A stretch of 64,000 nt of DNA from Eledone cirrhosa (Eukaryota). Positions 54,367 through 64,000 of this stretch are shown one piece after another. The translations under genes and the position numbers were made by a program. Below the pieces are notes generated by a model. It was not told where the DNA came from. It did not search any database and saw only the letters and a list, made by a program, of their open reading frames with translations. Every line of letters starts with the position of its first letter. Position 1 is the first letter of the stretch. The stretch is taken from assembly GCA_964016885.1 (NCBI GenBank), contig OZ024745.1, positions 49,166,001 through 49,230,000 on the forward strand. Direction: 5' to 3'.

Positions 54367-55188
54367 TTATATATGTATGTATTTAAATCCACCGAAACCG
54401 TAGTGATTTCCAGAAGTTGATGGGACCGTCCATCTTTCCATTATTTTTTCCACTGTCTTTGTCCTGTGCGCTCCCTACTTTGAATTTATATTCTAAAGAC
54501 TTAGTCAGGCGGTCTTTTTTTTGAAACTATCATATAATAGACATCACACCACCCAGCCTGTTTATCTCCATTCGCCATTCTTACCTTTTCTACATCTCAG
54601 TGTCCTTCTTTGTCTGCACGCTGGAATTCTGTTTTACTATTTCTCTCCTTTCTATATTGTTCTCCTTTGGCTAAGCCCATGCGTACTTTATATTTGTGTA
54701 ATTTGCCTAAAGGCATACCTTGTTTCAGCCTGTTTTGTTGTGTCCAAATGTGCACAAGACTGAGTGGTATCAACCTTAATAAACCCAAATCGTAGTGATT
54801 TCCAGGGGTTGACTGAGGAAATGGAACTGTCACAAGTAAGAAGTAACTATAAAGTATCAAATACATACAGGTGTCTATAGACTTATACACACACATACAG
54901 ACATATATATACATGATGACTGCCCCCTCGTTATCGAGTATGGCCATTGCACGATATACTATTATTAATAATTATTAATTAATTCTATCGTGCAATGGCT
55001 GTGCATAAAGATATTTTTTAAAGTGAGGAAAGACTGTGCACTGAGCCAATCCCACTCTCTGAGCGACAATAGCTATAACCCGAAAAGAAGAAAAGATCAA
55101 CATCATCGGTAACTACACACATGTATATATATTTTTTCTTTTCTATATATTTAAAAAAATAATATGTAAGAAAAACATTTAGTTGTGT

Positions 55189-55319
<131 letters not shown>

Positions 55320-55339
55320 TGTGTGTGTGAGTTTGTGTA

Positions 55340-55650
55340 CAGAGGAGTGATTATAAGACTTTTGAAGCGATAGAAGCCAGGAAGTTGCAGCCAACGGTAC
55401 TGTTTTAAAGGGAACATTAATAATGAGTGGAGTCCCACAGGGAACTATCTTTGGGCCGTTGCTATTTATAGTATCTCTCTCAGACATGCCCTCAGTTAAA
55501 CGTAGCTGTGCTGACAATACAAAATTATTATAAGCAACCAAGCACGCCGATGGAGTTATATACCTGCCTCAAAGCTTAAATGTAATCTAGAAATGGGTGG
55601 AATACAAAAACAATTCGATCCTAGGAAAATTCAAGCGCACCCTTATTAGT
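55340..55650 (+). mobile_element. Decayed CR1/L2-type LINE RT fragment
   Basis: SGVPQGTILGPLLFIV.LSDMP...ADNTKL at about 55426-55530. Confidence 0.75.
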
Positions 55651-55749
55651 CTTAAACCAGTCGTTCTCAACCTTTTTTTAATCAATGAATCCCCTTAATT
55701 CTTATTTCTATTTCACTCTGGTGGTGGTGGTGGTGGTGGTGGTGGTGGT

Positions 55750-55802
<53 letters not shown>

Positions 55803-56135
55803 ATGCGCGCGCGCGTGTGTGTGTGTGTATGTGTGTGTGTGTGTGATATACGTACACACACACACGCATACATACATATATATATATATATATGAAAACA
55901 AAAAGCTAAGTTTAGTTCTTAATCAGTACATCGTTTTACGATCATCTCAGAAGATTGATTGATCACGATAAATCGATATATTGACTAATCGATGGTAGTG
56001 ATGTAACTCCATATTATTAGTTTCGATCGTCCAGATCAATCTCTCCGCCTTCCTCAAAAGCAATACATATACATACATTTAACCACTCTCCGTTGAAACT
56101 GTAAGAGCTCAGTCTTAGGGTAGTAATACATTACA

Positions 56136-56233
<98 letters not shown>

Positions 56234-56461
56234 ATAAATATATATATGTGTGTGTGTGTGCGCATATATATATATATATGTGTGTGTGTGTGCGCGCATA
56301 TATATATATATACATATTTATATATATATATATACACTTCAATGAAAAAAGAAGGTCAAATTCCATATATACAATCTGTCGACAGAATGCTTTCCTATTA
56401 ATTCTCTGGTTACATTTTGCTGCAATCCATAACTAAATCTTTTATATCTTTTATGTTAATT

Positions 56462-56520
56462 ACACCTGATGATGTCGCCTAATGTCTTGTGCCAGCCGGC
56501 CATTGAAATACGTATCATGC
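56462..56520 (+). ncRNA. Hammerhead-like motif, same family as 17014-17060
   Basis: ACAC-CTGATGA-TGTCGCC...GCCGGCCATT-GAAA-T-ACGT-A-TC; palindromic stem III loop; stem II partly decayed. Confidence 0.55.
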
Positions 56521-57039
56521 ATTTATGAAACATTAAAGGAATATTTGGAATCCGGCCTTCTTCTTTCATTGAAGCAATTAACTTTGCCCCTGCACCAAAC
56601 ACAAGGTATCACATCTAAGATGGATGATAAACATAACGCTGAGTGCTTTTGCTTATTACACCGAAGAAGAAGAAGAAGTTTATGGCCGTTATCAAAACAG
56701 TGCTTCCCCTACCCGGCTCAACCTGGAAATGGAATTAAAGTTTCGTTCCGACATAGCTCTATACATACAAGTATGTGAATTTTGTATATCTAATGATATA
56801 CAGTATGTTTATGAATCAACATTTAAAAGCCCTTTAGCTATGAAGTGTGGAAGCTGACGGCTAACGTTATCTAGCGGATTTAGTAATGAGTGCTAATGAA
56901 GTACTCATTAATTTTATAATTCTGTGGGAGATGGTTGAGACTTCAGCACCGTTGATACAGGCACAGCCATAGTCTAATGTCTGTTTGTTCGATGGACATC
57001 TCTAGTGCCGCATACTTTTTGTAGTCCAGATTTGCTGCC

Positions 57040-59720
57040 GCCACCATCACCATCGTCGTTACTGTCCCCGCTATCGCCTCCATTATCGTTACTGTCACCG
57101 CTATCATTACTGCCTTCACTCTCATCGCCATCGCCATTGCTGCCATCACTCTCATCGCCATCGCCATTGCTGCCATCACTCTCACCACCACCATTATTAC
57201 TGCCATCACTCTCATCGCCATCGCCATTGCTGCCATCACTCTCACCGCCACCATTATTACTGCCGTCACTGTGATCGCCATCGCCATTGCTGCCATCACT
57301 CTCACCGCCACCATTATTACTGCCTTCACTGTCATCGCCATCGCCATTGCTGCCATCACTCTCATCGCCATCGCCATTGCTGCCATCACTCTCATCGCCA
57401 TCGCCATTGCTGCCATCACTCTCATCGCCATCGCCATTGCTGCCATCACTCTCACCACCACCATTATTACTGCCTTCACTCTCATCGCCATCGCCATTGC
57501 TGCCATCACTCTCATCGCCATCGCCATTGCTGCCATCACTCTCATCGCCATCGCCATTGCTGCCATCACTCTCACCACCACCATTATTACTGCCATCACT
57601 CTCATCGCCATCGCCATTGCTGCCATCACTCTCACCACCACCATTATTACTGCCTTCACTCTCATCGCCATCGCCATTGCTGCCATCACTCTCATCGCCA
57701 TCGCCATTGCTGCCATCACTCTCATCGCCATCGCCATTGCTGCCATCACTCTCACCACCACCATTATTACTGCCTTCACTCTCATCGCCATCGCCATTGC
57801 TGCCATCACTCTCATCGCCATCGCCATTGCTGCCATCACTCTCATCGCCATCGCCATTGCTGCCATCACTCTCATCGCCATCGCCATTGCTGCCATCACT
57901 CTCACCACCACCATTATTACTGCCTTCACTCTCATCGCCATCGCCATTGCTGCCATCACTCTCATCGCCATCGCCATTGCTGCCATCACTCTCATCGCCA
58001 TCGCCATTGCTGCCATCACTCTCACCACCACCATTATTACTGCCATCACTCTCATCGCCATCGCCATTGCTGCCATCACTCTCACCGCCACCATTATTAC
58101 TGCCGTCACTGTGATCGCCATTGCTGCCATCACTCTCACCGCCACCATTATTACTGCCGTCACTCTCACCGCCATCGCCATTGCTGCCATCACTCTCACC
58201 ACCACCATTATTACTGCCATCACTCTCACCGCCATCGCCATTGCTGCCATCACTCTCACCGCCACCATTATTACTGCCATCACTCTCATCGCCATCGCCA
58301 TTGCTGCCATCACTCTCACCGCCACCATTATTACTGCCGTCACTGTGATCGCCATTGCTGCCATCACTCTCACCGCCACCATTATTACTGCCGTCACTCT
58401 CACCGCCATCGCCATTGCTGCCATCACTCTCACCGCCACCATTATTACTGCCGTCACTGTGATCGCCATTGCTGCCATCACTCTCACCGCCACCATTATT
58501 ACTGCCGTCACTGTGATCGCCATTGCTGCCATCACTCTCACCGCCACCATTATTACTGCCGTCACTGTGATCGCCATTGCTGCCATCACTCTCACCGCCA
58601 CCATTATTACTTCCGTCACTGTCATCGCCATCGCCATTGCTGCCATCACTCTCACCGCCACCATTATTACTGCCATCACTCTCACCGCCACCATTATTAC
58701 TGCCGTCACTGTGATCGCCATCGCCATTGCTGCCATCACTCTCACCGCCACCATTATTACTGCCATCACTCTCACCGCCACCATTATTACTGCCTTCACT
58801 GTCATCGCCATCGCCATTGCTGCCATCACTCTCACCGCCACCATTATTACTGCCTTCACTGTCATCGCCATCTCCATTGCTGCCATCACTCTCACCGCCA
58901 CCATTATTACTGCCTTCACTGTCATCGCCATCGCCATTGCTGCCATCACTCTCACCGCCACCATTATTACTGCCGTCACTGTGATCGCCATCTCCATTGC
59001 TGCCATCACTCTCACCGCCATCGCCATTGCTGCCATTCACTCTCACCGCCACCATTATTACTGCCATCACTCTCACCGCCACCATTATTACTGCCGTCAC
59101 TGTGATCGCCATCGCCATTGCTGCCATCACTCTCACCGCCACCATTATTACTGCCTTCACTGTCATCGCCATCGCCATTGCTGCCATCACTCTCACCGCC
59201 ACCATTATTACTGCCGTCACTGTGATCGCCATCTCCATTGCTGCCATCACTCTCACCGCCATCGCCATTGCTGCCATTCACTCTCACCGCCACCATTATT
59301 ACTGCCATCACTCTCACCGCCACCATTATTACTGCCGTCACTGTGATCGCCATCGCCATTGCTGCCATCACTCTCACCGCCACCATTATTACTGCCTTCA
59401 CTGTCATCGCCATCGCCATTGCTGCCATCACTCTCATCGCCATCGCCATTGCTGCCATCACTCTCACCGCCACCATTATTACTGCCGTCACTGTGATCGC
59501 CATCTCCATTGCTGCCATCACTCTCACCGCCATCGCCATTGCTGCCATTCACTCTCACCGCCACCATTATTACTGCCGTCACTGTGATCGCCATCGCCAT
59601 TGCTGCCATTCACTCTCACCGCCACCATTATTACTGCCTTCACTGTGATCGCCATCGCCATTGCTGCCATTCACTCTCACCGCCACCATTATTACTGCCT
59701 TCACTCTCATCGTCATCACC
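57040..59720. repeat. 30-bp (some 24- and 31-bp) minisatellite; the minus strand reads as a G/D/S/N/E repeat (DGSNGDGDES / DGSNNGGGES)
   Basis: Units tgccatcactctcatcgccatcgccattgc and tgccatcactctcaccgccaccattattac. Confidence 0.97.
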
Positions 59721-60449
59721 AACATCAGTCATTGACACTTTCATAAACAACAACTTCACCATTAACAATAACAAACGAGTTGAATTTTAATGCATAAAGG
59801 TTACAAAAACAATGAAAATAAATTAATAAAATATCTCGCAACAAAATTCCAAATAAAGCCGTAAGAAGAAAATAAAATCTATTTAAATGCATTAAACTTC
59901 ATTTCCTTTTCTAATTTCCTGGAAAAACTTGTTTTCAGTTATCGTTTACTGTATCACTAGACGGAACCATCACAGATCTCAGACAACTGTTGCATTTGAT
60001 AGAAATATTCTCCTCTCCACCTCCTCTAACATTTCCTTGTCTGTATTTCACACTAGTCATTCATCTCTCTGCTACATCCCTCTGTTACTTTCTATTTGTA
60101 TCAGCAGGCCAATGATCCAAAACGACTGCAAAAGATTCGCTGTCATGGTAACCAACCGAGCCAATCAGAATGAAACTGTATTCGTTTGAAATATGTCTCC
60201 TACTGGGTAGATGGGTTGCGTTAGGGATGTAAAGGTGTTGTCGTGTGATGTCGGCATTCTATCCGAGTATTACTGAAATGATGTTGTTATATAGCTTATT
60301 AGAATCTTTCTTTACATAGGTATCGATCGATACATAATAGTATCAGTTCTTGTTACTCAACTAAAGCAAAGAAATTTATAGACGATCACACAAGACTACA
60401 AGTAGAGATAAATAAATATATGTCACTTCATTCGCACTGATATATCTGT

Positions 60450-61950
60450 AGCACATAGAAATACTAATAAGCGTATATGCGTACACACAAATCTCTAGTA
60501 TAAATATATCTGTATAAGCATACAAGAGTAACATATATACATACACACATATCCACACTGCTTATATAATATCAGTGCGCCAATTTACTTATACCAATGT
60601 GTTCATTGTAGCATACAAAATGCGTGCTATCATGTACACACGTAACTACCATTATACACGAAAGTATAGAATAGACACATGTGTACGTCAACACTGAAAT
60701 ATACAACAGTCTGTCTTTGGTGAGTAATCTTATTGAACTGAGGCGTCATTTATAATCAACAGTATGTCAGAGTTTGAACGAGAATATTTTAATACAGTTT
60801 CACTATAAATGTAGTTTTTTTTTATCTGTACCACTTAATCTACTATTCACATATATGAAAAATCAATAACACATTTTGGAATTCGTCGTTTGACTCGGTA
60901 ATCGGGAAAATAAATGACCGCAAGGTTGTTGTTTCAAATTTCAGTTTTCTCCTTACAGCCGGTTTCTAAGTTTTTCTACAGAAGAAATTTGAGAAGTTTG
61001 AAAACATGATATTCGTCAGAAATATTTGACAAACAACGGAAAATTGGTGTAAAATATAGTTTATTTTTCTTTTGTTCAGACCGGTATGTTTGATGTTTTC
61101 TTTAACACTGTACTAAGTCGTATGGTGGAATATTATATAATTTCAATATTTTGGAAATGAAAATCTTATGATATGGTGCTCAGATATTTCCCTTGAACTA
61201 TATAAAAAAAGACTTTCATCTTTAGATGAATAGTAAAAGTTAAATTTAAAAATAAGCAAATAACTAAATGATGGTATTTCTTATTAAATATTCCACAGAA
61301 AGTGTGACGGTTACATGTCTCCATTAACTACATAGTATTAGTATTTTTTAGCCGTTGATAAGTATTGCTGTGCAACTGGTGATAAAAACAGGACTCAGCT
61401 TATTTGCAAGCATGAATAATTCCAGCGGGAGTTCTCTAGATTTTACTTGCAATATTTTATTAGTATATTGAATTCGTATTGAAGAGCCAAAATTGATGAT
61501 CACAGCCGTACCAATAAGAAAAAAACAGATAAAAAGCATTTCTAGAAGTAATAGGTACTCTGTCCGAACATAATTGGGTTGCTTTGACTCTAAAAGGAAG
61601 GCATACAAAGCTGAGAAAAGAGATTTAAAAGGTCGTCGGATTGCGAGAACACAACCTGAAGGCGAGGCATTCAACACTAACCAAGCATACAAGGTCCTAA
61701 ACAGAATTGTGTTAATTTTCTCGGAATTAACTACGAAGTTGTTACTCCGTCCTTGTTACTGCATTTTGTTTGTGCAAAACATATTTAATTCTCGAGCAAC
61801 TGGACAGTCCACCGAGCTATAAATACTAAAGGGTACTTGAAACTAAGTGTTCTAAAGTATTGACTGTTTTATTAACCTGCAAGAACGAATTAATGTTTTG
61901 TGTTTTGCTTCAAATAATGATGAACCTGGTAGACTTCTTTTAGATATACA
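60450..61950 (+). repeat. Segmental duplication copy B
   Basis: Matches 51360-52557. Confidence 0.92.
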
Positions 61951-62391
61951 CCACGTGATAACATTTAAATCAATCAAAAGTGTTAATTGTTTCTCTGATT
62001 GGTGGAAGTGTTTCCATGGAAACGAGCATATTTTATGAATTTTATTAGCAAACCCTTCTTTCATAAATCCTTACTTTAAATCAAATACAAGTTTATAATA
62101 AGCTAGTTGATGTATAGGGATGTCTGTCTTCAAAGAAGCTAGATTGTTTCCTGGTTTTATGCTCTTGAAAATGAGGTTTATTATCTATTGATAGTACATT
62201 TTCCTACTAACTGGTTTTCATATTCCATCTTGTGAGTTTTATTTATAGTGATGACGATTACTACTTCCTATATTTTGTCTGAGTTGGCATTAGAATCCGG
62301 ATGATATCAAATGATAGTGTTGAGCAGAAGCACTTTGCGCTGCTATATATATATATATATATATGAGTATCTAACTCTGCCTTTTATTTGT

Positions 62392-62450
<59 letters not shown>

Positions 62451-62474
62451 TGTATGTATGTGTATGTATGTATT

Positions 62475-62586
<112 letters not shown>

Positions 62587-63828
62587 ACTGCCCTCTGTAG
62601 ATGATGCTACAGACAGGCTAATGGTGTCGGAGAAGGCTATATGGCTGTTTATAAACTGGAAGAATGTGATAGGACAGCTGGAAGAAAAATGTTGTATTGT
62701 TGCGTTCATAAAACCAGAAAAGGAATTTTATAGTGATAACCTTTCCTGAACCGTAGGACAATTTATACGTTTGTGGCTTTAGTTTAAGTCTAACCTAGAA
62801 ATATACGAAACAAAAAAATAGAAAGAAGAGGAATAAGATAAATTATCTAGACCATCACTGAACAAACAGTTTCCTTTTAATAAGAAGTTAGACACATTAA
62901 ACATATTTATGATTGCCACGGTCTGGTGTTGTCTATCAGCTCGTCTAGAAGGAAACATTGAAATGAAGTTATTATTCATTTTTTTTTTCTTGTGAAAAAA
63001 TGTATATATCTTAATCAAAACACTATATATAGTCTAGAGATGCCAGAACTGTGTCTACGGATATTCAGTCTTAAAATATGGTGCTATATATCATTATGCA
63101 AGTAGTTGCAAAGAAATCGTACATTAGTCAGATCAACGATCAGCAACTACTTTTTCGCTTTGATTGCTGCTCGCATGTATATTATATCATATCTCACATA
63201 TAAACATTTGACAAGGTCTGAGGCCCACAGAGATCGCATTAATGTCCCACCTGTGGGCTACTGTCCAAGGTTAGACCTTGAGTCAGATAAAATCAGTAGA
63301 GAATCAATCTTTAAAACTTATAATAATCCTTGTTTCTTGAGTAGATGTAAGCAGGAGGGAGGTGTGGGTTTGACCTACTGGACCTTTTCTTTTGAAATTT
63401 TCGGGTCTGTAATCCTCGTGAAAATTCTCGTTTCATACTACGATATGTAAGCGATTATAAAATGACATGTATTTGTCCCCTCCCCCACCCACCACCTCCC
63501 ATTTTTTATTAATATAATTTTTCGATCTTTTTCTGAAACGTGATTATTTTTTTCAAACGAGTATCCTCTTTTTAGCCTATATTTTCAATATATTGTCAAC
63601 AAAGTCAGAGTTATTTCTGAGATATAGATTTTCGGCTCATATATACAGATCACTCTTTCGGGAAAATATAAAAAAAAACCTTCGCAGGAATTTATAAAAT
63701 TTAACCCCCCCCCCCCCCCCACTCCCCACACATTTTAACCGTTGTTTTTGTTAGTCTTCTTTAGTTACCATACACGTCTGCTATTGACTGAAATGAAAGG
63801 AGAATTATTTATCAAATTATGAGACTGG

Positions 63829-64000
63829 ACGAGGGTCGGCTGAAAGGTTCACAGGCTGACCAAGATACTCTCATGGAAAGTGACCAAATGAGGTTTATTT
63901 TTCAACATAGTCCCCCCCCCCCCCTTGTGGTCTACACACTTCTTCCATCGGTGTTGCAGTACTTGGATCCCATTGGTGAAGAAGCTTTCATCATGTTGGT
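63829..64000 (-). mobile_element. Mariner element end: TIR plus transposase C-terminus, running off the window
   Basis: TIR-like acgagggtcggctgaaaggttc; minus strand reads SFFTNGIQVLQHRWKKCVDHK..DYVEK*. Confidence 0.85.

Noticed and set aside
56943-59346. 697-aa MAAMAMAVRV and 691-aa IAIAIAAITL ORFs
   Set aside because: Alternative frames of the same 30-bp minisatellite

Overview
Eukaryotic, AT-rich, microsatellite-dense genomic DNA. The SINE, (TA)n/(CA)n and Penelope content suggests an octopod cephalopod; this is inferred, not verified. One intact protein-coding gene can be built: an 8-coding-exon, + strand amino-acid transporter of the Aa_trans (SLC32/36/38, AVT1-like) family, 19616-34247, 435 aa, with all introns GT-AG and phase-consistent. 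Most of the rest is transposon-derived: three Penelope-like (PLE) remnants (one Neptune-type RT plus GIY-YIG, two Naiad-type GIY-YIG), RTE and CR1 LINE fragments, many tRNA-derived SINEs, Helitron ends, hAT MITEs, and Tigger and mariner ends. There are four large minisatellites and an old ~9-kb-spaced duplication with a near-identical internal tract. The most notable signal is a set of about eight hammerhead-ribozyme (HHR) motifs, from intact minimal type I to decayed. They sit in short elements inserted into (TA)n tracts, several with perfect fold-back palindromes and a shared sub-terminal TTGAGTAC motif. This looks like a family of (TA)n-targeted, ribozyme-bearing PLE-dependent retroelements. 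Nearly all ORFs in the supplied track are repeat artefacts.
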